Source: an uncultured Lachnoclostridium sp. (GTDB lineage Bacteria > Bacillota > Clostridia > Lachnospirales > Lachnospiraceae). Taken from it: DNA of 64,000 bases. Positions 1-8,928 of this stretch are shown here, one piece after another (positions within the stretch are counted from its first letter, which is position 1; each line of letters starts with the position of its first letter). Both the position numbers and the translations under genes were made by a program. The stretch is taken from contig CANBKJ010000004.1 in NCBI GenBank assembly GCA_947369165.1, forward strand, positions 4,552 to 68,551, written 5' to 3'. The notes under the pieces were generated by a model. The model was given only the letters and a program-made list of their open reading frames with translations, was not told the DNA's origin and did not search any database.

Positions 1-2
1 TC

Positions 3-584
3 GGTACAGTGGGACATCTGATCATTGGATCTATGGCAGCCTATGTGCTTGCAAAATATGATTTTCCCGGCGGAAAACAATTTTTTAATGTCTGTGTGAC
101 CGCCTTAATGTTCAATGCCTATGTACTTCAGATCCCTACCTATTTGATAATGACGAAGCTGGGCTGGGTAGACACCTATCTGGCATTGATCGTACCGGCG
201 TTTGCGCTTCCTATGGGACTTTTCCTAATGAAGCAGTTTATGGAGCAGATTCCCGATGCGCTGATTGAAGCAGCGAAGATTGATGGTGCGAAGGAAGGAC
301 GTATTTTCCTTCAGATCGTTATGCCCAATGTAAAACCTGCCTGGCTGACCGTTACAATCTTTTCTGTACAGAACCTGTGGAATCTGAAGGGACAGATTTA
401 TATTTACTCAGAGGAATACAAGATGCTTCCATATGCCTTACAGCAGATTATGTCTGCCGGCGTGGCGCGTGCCGGAGTTGGCGGTGCGGCTACGATGGTT
501 GTTATGATGGTTCCGATCATCATATTCGTTATGGCGCAGAGTAATATTCTTGAGACAATGGCTAGTTCTGGTATTAAAGACTGA
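3..584 (+). CDS. Carbohydrate ABC transporter permease (MalG-type), 5' end outside the window
   Basis: Hydrophobic segments plus EAA loop (IPDALIEAAKIDGA); frame is open from the window edge. Confidence 0.9.
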   Translation, partial: GTVGHLIIGSMAAYVLAKYDFPGGKQFFNVCVTALMFNAYVLQIPTYLIMTKLGWVDTYLALIVPAFALPMGLFLMKQFMEQIPDALIEAAKIDGAKEGRIFLQIVMPNVKPAWLTVTIFSVQNLWNLKGQIYIYSEEYKMLPYALQQIMSAGVARAGVGGAATMVVMMVPIIIFVMAQSNILETMASSGIKD

Positions 585-600
585 TGAAGGAGGATGAAAA

Positions 601-2091
601 ATGAAAGTATGTAAAAGATTTGCTTCGGTATTCGCACTGTTGCTTGTCGCATCCGTCCTTTTTAACACAGTAGAGGCTGGAGCTACAAGTTCAGACGGCA
701 ATCATTATACCTATATATATGATTGCTGGGGGTATGACAGGGAATCACCGGATGCATATTCTGTAACACGTACCATTACCGGTTCTGATTTTCCGTGTGG
801 CAACTTCGTGGAGCCTCAGGGGATGTTTGTAAAAGGAAATGAGCTGTACGTGGCTGATACAGGTAACAGCAGAATTGTAAAGCTGGTATTTGAAAATGAT
901 GTTTTCACCTATGTGGGTGAAGTAAAAGGATTTAACAACAACGGTACCGCAGAAACCTTGAGTAAGCCACAGGATGTATTTGTGGATAAAGAGGGCAATA
1001 TGTATATTGCGGATACCGGAAACTGCCGGATCGTTCATCTTGATCCTTCAGGAAATCTGATAAAAATCATAACGAAACCTAAAGATGAGACGGTGGATCA
1101 GAAGAATGATTTTCTTCCACAGAAACTGGTGGTAGACAGTTCCAATCGTATCTTTACACAGGTTCAGAATGTAAATAAAGGATTTATGGAATTTGCTAAT
1201 GATGGTTCCTTCACCGGTTTTGTCGGGGCCAGCAAAGTAACCTATAACTTTTTACAGTATCTATGGAAGATGGTGGCATCCCAGGAACAGAGAGCGCGTA
1301 TGGATCTTTTTGTTCCCACAGAGTACAGTAATCTCTGTTTGGACTCAGAGGGTTTTATCTATGCGACGATTGCCCAGATCGGTGATGAGGTTTTGGCTCA
1401 GGAGGCACAGCCAATCCGTAAATTAAATGCAAAGGGAACGGATATCCTTGTCCGGAATGGATACGAAGAACCTTATGGCGACCTTTGGTGGACAGGAAGC
1501 GGAGAGATGGGTGGACCTTCTAAATTTGTGGATATTACCTGTCTTGATAACGATGTGTATTATGCTCTTGACAATACGAGAGGTCGTATATTTGCTTATG
1601 ATTTTCAGGGGAACATGCTTTATGCTTTCGGAGGCCATGGATACAAAGCGGGATACTTTATGAATCCATGTGCACTGGAAGATATGGGAGATACCCTTTT
1701 GGTAATGGATCAGAATCTGGGATCTATCACGCAGTTTACCCTGACTGAGTATGGTAAGTATATCAATGAAGGACTGAGTGAATACAAGCAGGGGCATTAT
1801 GATGAATCGGCTGCGATCTGGCAGAAAGTATTGAAACAGAATGGTAACTATGATCAGGCTTATATCGGCATCGGCCGTGCTTATTTAAGACAGGAAAAAT
1901 ATACTGAGGCGATGAAGTACTTTAAACTGAAGCTTGATTTTACCAATTATTCCAAGGCATATAAATTGTACCGTAAAGAATGGTTTGAAGATAATATTGG
2001 AATTATTATTGCTGTTTTAGTAATTATAATCGTCTTTGGATATGCTTATGGATTCATTAAGAAGGCCAGAAAGGAGGTAGAGAAAGGATGA
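601..2091 (+). CDS. Secreted, membrane-anchored NHL-repeat (beta-propeller) protein with TPR and C-terminal TM helix
   Basis: Signal peptide; NHL repeats (PQGMFVKGNELYVADTGNSRI, PQDVFVDKEGNMYIADTGNCRI); TPR-like segment (YKQGHYDESAAIWQKVL...AYIGIGRAY); hydrophobic C-terminus; GGAGG RBS. Confidence 0.8.
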   Translation: MKVCKRFASVFALLLVASVLFNTVEAGATSSDGNHYTYIYDCWGYDRESPDAYSVTRTITGSDFPCGNFVEPQGMFVKGNELYVADTGNSRIVKLVFENDVFTYVGEVKGFNNNGTAETLSKPQDVFVDKEGNMYIADTGNCRIVHLDPSGNLIKIITKPKDETVDQKNDFLPQKLVVDSSNRIFTQVQNVNKGFMEFANDGSFTGFVGASKVTYNFLQYLWKMVASQEQRARMDLFVPTEYSNLCLDSEGFIYATIAQIGDEVLAQEAQPIRKLNAKGTDILVRNGYEEPYGDLWWTGSGEMGGPSKFVDITCLDNDVYYALDNTRGRIFAYDFQGNMLYAFGGHGYKAGYFMNPCALEDMGDTLLVMDQNLGSITQFTLTEYGKYINEGLSEYKQGHYDESAAIWQKVLKQNGNYDQAYIGIGRAYLRQEKYTEAMKYFKLKLDFTNYSKAYKLYRKEWFEDNIGIIIAVLVIIIVFGYAYGFIKKARKEVEKG

Positions 2092-2753
2092 GTATGAAAG
2101 AACGGATTCTCAATAAAGAGAACTGGATTTCCTATGGACACTCATTGCGTTATGCTCTGCACTGTATTGTTCGTCCTTTCGATGGTTTTTGGGATCTTAC
2201 TCATGAAAAGAGAGGGTCTATGGCGGCGGCAAATACCATTGTGGTGGCACTTCTGCTGACGAACATGCTGAGACTGGGATTTACAAGCTTCTTGTTTTAC
2301 CCGGTTAACTGGAGGACTGTGAATCTTCTTATGGAGATTATGTCATTTTTGCTTCCTTTTGTGGTATATATTGTGGCAAACTGGTGCCTTACGACTTTGT
2401 TTGATGGAAAAGGCACTTTGAGAGATATTTATATGGGTACGGCATATGCCATGACACCGTATGTATTGATTCAGCTTCCTTTGATTGTGATGAGTAATGT
2501 GGTGACGGAAGAAGAAGGTGCATTTTATGAATACTTTGGTGTTTTTTCACTTGTATGGTGTGGTCTTCTGATTGTGGCATCTGTTATGATGATTCATGAT
2601 TTCCTTCTGGGAAAGGCTCTTGGTTTGCTGATCTTTTCCGCAGTAGGTATGCTGGTCATCATATTCCTGTTAGTATTATTCTTCAGTTTGATCAGTGATG
2701 GTTTCTCTTACTTCTATTCTTTGTATAAAGAAATCATTTACCGGTTTTATTAA
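2088..2753 (+). CDS. Yip1-family integral membrane protein
   Basis: About 5 TM helices; ATGA overlap with the upstream gene; typical position after the NHL gene. Confidence 0.75.
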   Translation: MSMKERILNKENWISYGHSLRYALHCIVRPFDGFWDLTHEKRGSMAAANTIVVALLLTNMLRLGFTSFLFYPVNWRTVNLLMEIMSFLLPFVVYIVANWCLTTLFDGKGTLRDIYMGTAYAMTPYVLIQLPLIVMSNVVTEEEGAFYEYFGVFSLVWCGLLIVASVMMIHDFLLGKALGLLIFSAVGMLVIIFLLVLFFSLISDGFSYFYSLYKEIIYRFY

Positions 2754-2766
2754 TGGAAGGAGGGCA

Positions 2767-5352
2767 ATGTTCAGAATGAAAAAGAAATTTTATTTACTCT
2801 TAGTTGCTGCGTTATCTTCCATGTTTGCACTGGCTGGTTGTGGGACATCTGGAGAGGGTTATAAGGAGCTGACTGCTTACACAAACGAAGACAGTCAGAC
2901 AGAGACGATCAGTAACAATGCACTGGAGCTGACTGTTGATAAGGAGACAACGACATTTGAATTAAAGGACAAAGTACATAATAAAGTCTTTACATCAAAT
3001 CCTTCTGAAGAGGACGTGGAGAAATATGCGAATGCAAAAGGACAGCTCAAAGATGTATTGAAGTCAACAATGGTGCTTACTTATTCCAACAGCACAGATA
3101 CGCAGAAAGTAATCAATAACTTTAATGCCTCGATTTCAGATGGCAATTATAAGATCGAGAAAGTAAGTGATACACAGATTGATGTACACTATACCATTGG
3201 AGATCTGGAAAAATTATTTGTCTGCCCATTGGTAATCAAAGAATCCAAGATGAATGAGTATCTGGAAAAGATGTCAGAGACAGAACAAAAATCCGTAAAA
3301 CGTAATTATGTATATTATAATTACGAGGAGCTGGAAGAAGCAGAAGATGACACAGAGCTTCAGATCGCGTTAGAAAAGTTTCCAGATTTAAAAGATGAAT
3401 CCGTTTATTATCTCTCTGAGAAGATAACGGATTCCAAGGCAAAATCCATGGAGCAGATCTTTACCAAAGCAGGATATACCGAAGAGGAACGGAATAAGGA
3501 CAGTGAGCCTTATAAGGTTTCGAGAAATAGTGGTAAGCCTATTTTCGATATTACGATTCAGTATATTCTGGATGAGGGGGACCTGGTAGTCAAGGTTCCT
3601 ATGGAGAAGATTGAATATAATCAGACCTATCCGATCGTAGAACTTTCTGTTCTTCCTTATATGGGGGCAGGACATTCGGATGAAAAAGGTTATGTTCTTG
3701 TACCGGATGGTATGGGAGGAATCATTAATTTCAATAATGGTAAAACCGGCCAGCAGAAATATCTGAGTGAAGTGTACGGATGGGATTATGGCATCAGCCG
3801 TAAGATGGTGGTAGATGAGTCCAAAGCTTCATTTCCGCTGTTTGCAGTCTCTAATGAGACAGAAAAAAGCGCATTTATCTGTGTTGGAGAAGAAGGAAGT
3901 TCTTATTCCAGTGTAGAATCAGATATTGCAGGAAAAGAAAACGGATATAACTATGGACGCTTTGTATATAAGATGATTCATGGTGAAGATATGGACATTT
4001 CTAAAAAGTCAGATACCACAGTTCGTTCTTTCGAGGCAGGGTTGCCAAAAGAAAATCTGACACAGCGCTATATCTTTTCAGACGCCACAGATTATGTAAG
4101 TCTGGCGAAGGGGTATCGTGAATACCTGATGAGACGATATCCAGAGCTGGTGAAGAAAGAAAGCACAACGGTGCCGATGGCGGTGGAATTGATCGGTGCA
4201 GTAGACAATGTGGAGCATATTCTCGGATATCCGGTGACTCGTTCCCAGGCTCTGACAACATACTCTGAGGCAGAAGAAATTTTAAAACAGCTTAAGGGTG
4301 CTGGTGTAGAGGATCTGAGTGCGAAATACACAGGATGGTTCAACACAGGAGTGAAGCAGAAATCCGCCGCAAAGGTAAGCCTGGTGGGAAGACTTGGAGG
4401 TAAGTCGGATATTAAGAGTCTTGCAACATATGCTTCCAGTACAGCAGGACTTGATTTGTTCCTGAATGCCAAATTCATGTATGTCATGAAAGATAAGATG
4501 TTTGATGGATTTAGCGTAAACCGGGATGCGGCGAAGTTTGTAAGCCGTGAAATCTGTGAGTTGTATACACTGGATCCGATTGTATATCAGACAAACGAAG
4601 AGTTTCCTTTATGTGAAATGTATTATCTCGTAAAACCATCCTATACCATTGAGAATATAGACAATTATCTGTCAGAGATATCGGATCTTGGAGTAAATAA
4701 TATTGGATTTGAGGATGTGGGAAATACCCTTGCCGGAGACTATAATCCGAAAGCAAGAGTTTCCAGAGAAGCTTCCATGAATATGCAGATTGATAAAATG
4801 AAAGCCCTGAAAGAGAGCGGAAGTCTTGTGATGACTACTTCTGGTAATCAATATGCTGTGCCATACTCCGATTATGTGACGGATTTGGATATTGACGCCA
4901 GGGCGGTGAACATCATTGATGAGAGTGTTCCATTTTATCAGATTGCTCTTCACGGGCTGGTAAATTACTCAGGAAGTGCCATAAATCTTTCCGAAGACCA
5001 GACGGATATGATTTTGAAGTCAGCTGAGACAGGTGCTGGATTGTACTATACCTTTATGAATGCACCGACCAGTGTACTTCAGGATGGTGAGAACACACAG
5101 TATTATGCATGTAACTTTATGGACTGGAAAGATTCTGCCATCGAACTTTATAATAAGTTTAATTCAAATCTTGGTGACATCTACAGCCAGTACATTGTGG
5201 CACACGAAAAACTCGCCAATGGAGTTTATAAGACAACCTACGAAAGTGGGAAAGAAGTTGTCGTAAATTATAATTATGCAGATTATGATTATAACGGAAA
5301 GACAATTCCGCAGAGAGACTTTGTAACCTTTAAGACAGGAGGTGGAGAATAA
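2767..5352 (+). CDS. Large lipoprotein, DUF5696-like (function unknown)
   Basis: Lipobox LAGC; about 860 aa; NHL-Yip1-DUF5696 context recognised from memory; start could be 2767 or 2776. Confidence 0.7.
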   Translation: MFRMKKKFYLLLVAALSSMFALAGCGTSGEGYKELTAYTNEDSQTETISNNALELTVDKETTTFELKDKVHNKVFTSNPSEEDVEKYANAKGQLKDVLKSTMVLTYSNSTDTQKVINNFNASISDGNYKIEKVSDTQIDVHYTIGDLEKLFVCPLVIKESKMNEYLEKMSETEQKSVKRNYVYYNYEELEEAEDDTELQIALEKFPDLKDESVYYLSEKITDSKAKSMEQIFTKAGYTEEERNKDSEPYKVSRNSGKPIFDITIQYILDEGDLVVKVPMEKIEYNQTYPIVELSVLPYMGAGHSDEKGYVLVPDGMGGIINFNNGKTGQQKYLSEVYGWDYGISRKMVVDESKASFPLFAVSNETEKSAFICVGEEGSSYSSVESDIAGKENGYNYGRFVYKMIHGEDMDISKKSDTTVRSFEAGLPKENLTQRYIFSDATDYVSLAKGYREYLMRRYPELVKKESTTVPMAVELIGAVDNVEHILGYPVTRSQALTTYSEAEEILKQLKGAGVEDLSAKYTGWFNTGVKQKSAAKVSLVGRLGGKSDIKSLATYASSTAGLDLFLNAKFMYVMKDKMFDGFSVNRDAAKFVSREICELYTLDPIVYQTNEEFPLCEMYYLVKPSYTIENIDNYLSEISDLGVNNIGFEDVGNTLAGDYNPKARVSREASMNMQIDKMKALKESGSLVMTTSGNQYAVPYSDYVTDLDIDARAVNIIDESVPFYQIALHGLVNYSGSAINLSEDQTDMILKSAETGAGLYYTFMNAPTSVLQDGENTQYYACNFMDWKDSAIELYNKFNSNLGDIYSQYIVAHEKLANGVYKTTYESGKEVVVNYNYADYDYNGKTIPQRDFVTFKTGGGE

Positions 5353-6267
5353 ATGAAAAAGCAAAAGAAGAAAAAGACACTTGCACAAAAGAATGCCATT
5401 GCAGGATACTTGTTTATTCTTCCATTTATCTTAGGTTTCATCCTGTTTATGGTTGTTCCTCTGGGACAGTCCCTGATGATGACTTTTAATGAAGTTAAGC
5501 CGGATCCCGATGCAGCAGGTTTTAGTATGACATGGGTAGGCATTAAAAATTATATGCATGCATTTACAGTGGATGCAGAATTTGTACCATATCTGATCAG
5601 TGAGCTTACGACGATGGTGATTAATACGCCGGCTACTTTGATATTCAGTTTCTTTATCGCAATGTTGCTGAATCAGAATTTTAAGGGAAGAGGTGCTGTT
5701 CGTGCGATCTTCTTCCTGCCGGTGATTCTTTCATCTGGTGTTATCGTAGGTGTTGAGTACAACAACGCACTGTTAAGTGATATGAAGGAAGTGATCTCAG
5801 AAACTTCCAACGATACAAGTGTCACTGGTGTATTGGAAAGTATACTGGTGACCTCAGACAGCAGTCCTATGTCAAAGATGTTTGAATACGTATTTACGAT
5901 TATCAACCAGGTTTATAACATAGCGATTGCTTCTGGTATTCAGATCATCATGTTCCTCTCTGCTCTGCAGACAATCTCGCCCAGTATGTTTGAGGCGGCG
6001 AAGATTGAGGGATGTACCGCATGGGAAAGTTTCTGGAAGATTACGTTCCCAATGGTAAGCTCAATGATACTCGTAAACGTAGTGTATACCGTAATCGACT
6101 TCTTCTTAAAGACAGATAACACGGTTATGACGAAGATTTCCGAAGAGGTAACAAAGTTGAATTATGGAGTTAGTTCGGCGATGGCTTGGGTATATTTCCT
6201 TTGTGTAATTATCATACTTGGTATCATTTCGCTGATTATTTCTAAGAGGGTGTACTATTATGAATAA
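5353..6267 (+). CDS. Carbohydrate ABC transporter permease (MalF-type)
   Basis: TM helices; EAA loop (ISPSMFEAAKIEGC). Confidence 0.9.
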   Translation: MKKQKKKKTLAQKNAIAGYLFILPFILGFILFMVVPLGQSLMMTFNEVKPDPDAAGFSMTWVGIKNYMHAFTVDAEFVPYLISELTTMVINTPATLIFSFFIAMLLNQNFKGRGAVRAIFFLPVILSSGVIVGVEYNNALLSDMKEVISETSNDTSVTGVLESILVTSDSSPMSKMFEYVFTIINQVYNIAIASGIQIIMFLSALQTISPSMFEAAKIEGCTAWESFWKITFPMVSSMILVNVVYTVIDFFLKTDNTVMTKISEEVTKLNYGVSSAMAWVYFLCVIIILGIISLIISKRVYYYE

Positions 6268-7258
6268 TAAGAAGAATAAATTTAAAACCTTTATCGAACG
6301 AAACAAAAAATCCAACGGGTACCTACTAAGAAAAGTATCTTTTAATGTCTTTTATAAGATTATACGTGCGGTATTATTGTTTGGATTATGTTTTATGATT
6401 CTGCAGCCGTTGTTGAATAAGGTCTCCTTGAGCTTCATGGAGGAACAGGACTTATATGATTCAACGATCGTTGCTATACCGAGACACTTTACTCTGGATA
6501 ACTATAAAATTGCCGGATATCTTATGAAATACTGGCAGTCTCTTCTGAATACAGGCTTGATTTCATTGATGGTCAGTGTTCTTCAGATCATTTCCTGCGT
6601 ATTGGTGGGATACGGATTTGCCAGATATAAGTTTCCATTAAAAGGTTTGTGGTTTGGTGCAGTGATCCTTGTGATCCTCGTTCCACCTTCCACGATCCAG
6701 TCATCGCTGTATTTGAATTTTGCTTACTTTGATATTTTCGGTATTTTCAGCCTGATTACTGGAAAGCCCTTGAACCTCTTAGGGACAATGACGCCATATG
6801 CGTTGATGTGTCTGGGGTGTATGGGACTTAAGAGTGGTCTGTATATTTATATGATCCGCCAGTTCTTCCGCGGCATACCAAAAGAGTTAGAGGAAGCCGC
6901 TTATGTGGATGGATGTGGCAAGGTAGCAACCTTTGTAAGGATCATGCTTCCGGATGCAAAGCCAATTATTACATCCTGTTTCTTGTTTGCATTTGTATGG
7001 CAGTGGACAGATTCATTCTATTCTAATCTGTTCCTGAAATCAGATTTTGCAATCCTTTCTACAAAGCTTGCTAACATAGCAGGCGCATTGGATAGTTATC
7101 TGGATGTGCGGGGTATCGCAAAGAAAGCGACAACCGCATATTCCCAGGGGATGATCGCTACGGGAACTTTGATGGTGATCATACCGCTTATATTCATCTA
7201 TCTGTTTGCACAGAAAGGATTTGTAGAAAGCTTGAGCCAGTCGGGCATCAAGATGTGA
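6260..7258 (+). CDS. Carbohydrate ABC transporter permease (MalG-type)
   Basis: TM helices; EAA loop (IPKELEEAAYVDGC). Confidence 0.9.
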   Translation: MNNKKNKFKTFIERNKKSNGYLLRKVSFNVFYKIIRAVLLFGLCFMILQPLLNKVSLSFMEEQDLYDSTIVAIPRHFTLDNYKIAGYLMKYWQSLLNTGLISLMVSVLQIISCVLVGYGFARYKFPLKGLWFGAVILVILVPPSTIQSSLYLNFAYFDIFGIFSLITGKPLNLLGTMTPYALMCLGCMGLKSGLYIYMIRQFFRGIPKELEEAAYVDGCGKVATFVRIMLPDAKPIITSCFLFAFVWQWTDSFYSNLFLKSDFAILSTKLANIAGALDSYLDVRGIAKKATTAYSQGMIATGTLMVIIPLIFIYLFAQKGFVESLSQSGIKM

Positions 7259-7291
7259 TAAAAGCGAAGAAATACTAACGTAGTTTGTTAC

Positions 7292-7317
7292 CACGCTGTC
7301 TAGTCCAGGGCAGCGTG
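7292..7317 (+). other. Intergenic stem-loop upstream of the solute-binding protein gene (possible mRNA stabilisation or processing hairpin)
   Basis: CACGCTGTC/GGCAGCGTG inverted repeat; no U-tract. Confidence 0.5.
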
Positions 7318-7347
7318 TAACGATAAAAATTATAAGGAGGTAAAAAA

Positions 7348-8781
7348 ATGAAAGCAAATATGAAAAAATTGCTTGCAATGGGTCTTACTGTTGTACTTAC
7401 TGTTGGATGTCTCAGTGGATGCGGTGAAAAAAAAGAAGAGTCTTCAAAACAGGATCCCGGATCTAAAAATGAAGAAAACAAAGAGGCTTCACAGTCACAA
7501 AAAAAGACTTTTGACGACCTTGGTGGAATGACAATTTCCATTGGTGACTGGTATACATCTGAAGAGGTTGGAGAGTCTGAGTATGCGAGAGCAACAGAGG
7601 ACTACAGACAGGAGATCATGGAGAAATACAATTTCAAGATTAAGCGTGAGACGAAGTTTTCATACCAGGATCAGCAGGAGACATATGTAAACGGTGTTAT
7701 GTCTAAGAGCCCGGTATGCCAGCTGCACTATCTGTATCAGGAGAAGGTTGCAGCTCCGCTTATGAAAGGACTTATGTATGATCTTTCCACTCTTCCAGAA
7801 TTTGATTTCAAAGAGGAAAAATGGAATCAGACCGTAGTTGAGCTTATGAGCATCGGAAACGGTATCTGGGGAATGAATCCGGAGGCAGAGCCGCGTGGAG
7901 GCGTATTCTTCAACAAGCGTATGCTGAAAGAGGCAGGTATTGATGAGGATGAGCCATACGATCTTCAGAAAGATGGAAAATGGACATGGACTAAGTTTAA
8001 AGAGTATTGTAAAAAACTTACAGTTGATGCAGATGGAGATGGAAAAACAGATCAGTATGCATTGGCAAGTTTCTCTAAATATTATCTGCCAATGTGTGCG
8101 GCAAATAATAACGCAACATTTGTGGATGTTAACGAAGAAGGAAAATATGAAAATAAGAGTGGAACAAAAGAATTCCTCGAAGCTATGAACTGGGGTATGA
8201 GTCTTTATAATGAAGGATACATCATGCCGAAACCAGAGGGAGCAGCATGGGATTGGTATAAAGCTGCATTCCGTGATGGTGAAGTTGCAATGCAGGTATC
8301 TGAGGTTTATGAGATCAGTGCATTTGCTACGATGGAAGATAACTGGGGATTCGTTATGTTCCCATATAATGAAAAGAACAAGGATGCAACCAATAGTTCA
8401 ACACCAAACGATAACATTATTGTAATGCCAAGCTGCTATGAGCCGGAAGAGGCAGAGAAGATTGCATTTGCTTATGATCTCTACACAGAACCTACACCGG
8501 AATTTGATCTTGATGAGGCTTGGAAAGAGTCTTATTATGAGCAGTTCAGAGATGAGCGTGCGGTGGATGAGACATTGACAATGATGAGAGAGCCAGAGCG
8601 TAAACAGACCTCTTATCTGCCAATGCTCGGTGAGCTTGATTACGGTGATTTCTGCTATAGTGTATACGCAGGTGCTACAACACCAGCGAAGCAGATCGAG
8701 AAGGTTTCTTCTCAGTGGAATAAAGTAATTGATGATATGAATAAGAAGTATGAGAATTTTGCAGCTTCTCATTCTAAATAA
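7348..8781 (+). CDS. Extracellular solute-binding lipoprotein (family 1, oligosaccharide)
   Basis: Lipobox LSGC; SBP1 motifs (VFFNKRMLKEAGI, WTWTKFKEYCKKLT, AFRDGEVAM). Confidence 0.9.
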   Translation: MKANMKKLLAMGLTVVLTVGCLSGCGEKKEESSKQDPGSKNEENKEASQSQKKTFDDLGGMTISIGDWYTSEEVGESEYARATEDYRQEIMEKYNFKIKRETKFSYQDQQETYVNGVMSKSPVCQLHYLYQEKVAAPLMKGLMYDLSTLPEFDFKEEKWNQTVVELMSIGNGIWGMNPEAEPRGGVFFNKRMLKEAGIDEDEPYDLQKDGKWTWTKFKEYCKKLTVDADGDGKTDQYALASFSKYYLPMCAANNNATFVDVNEEGKYENKSGTKEFLEAMNWGMSLYNEGYIMPKPEGAAWDWYKAAFRDGEVAMQVSEVYEISAFATMEDNWGFVMFPYNEKNKDATNSSTPNDNIIVMPSCYEPEEAEKIAFAYDLYTEPTPEFDLDEAWKESYYEQFRDERAVDETLTMMREPERKQTSYLPMLGELDYGDFCYSVYAGATTPAKQIEKVSSQWNKVIDDMNKKYENFAASHSK

Positions 8782-8816
8782 TCTTCCTATTAACAGAATT
8801 AGGTAGGTAAATAGTG

Positions 8817-8862
8817 GGGCTGACCAAAGCAAACCATTGTTTGTTTTGTCCAGCCCTGTTTT
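8817..8862 (+). terminator. Probable intrinsic terminator or attenuator after the SBP gene
   Basis: GGGCTG-ACCAAAGCAAAC-CATT-GTTTGTTTTGTC-CAGCCC followed by TGTTTT. Confidence 0.6.
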
Positions 8863-8928
8863 AAAATATTCGGGGTATATGAGCAAAGGGAACAACATCA
8901 TAATTATGGATCAAGATTGGAGAAAAAT

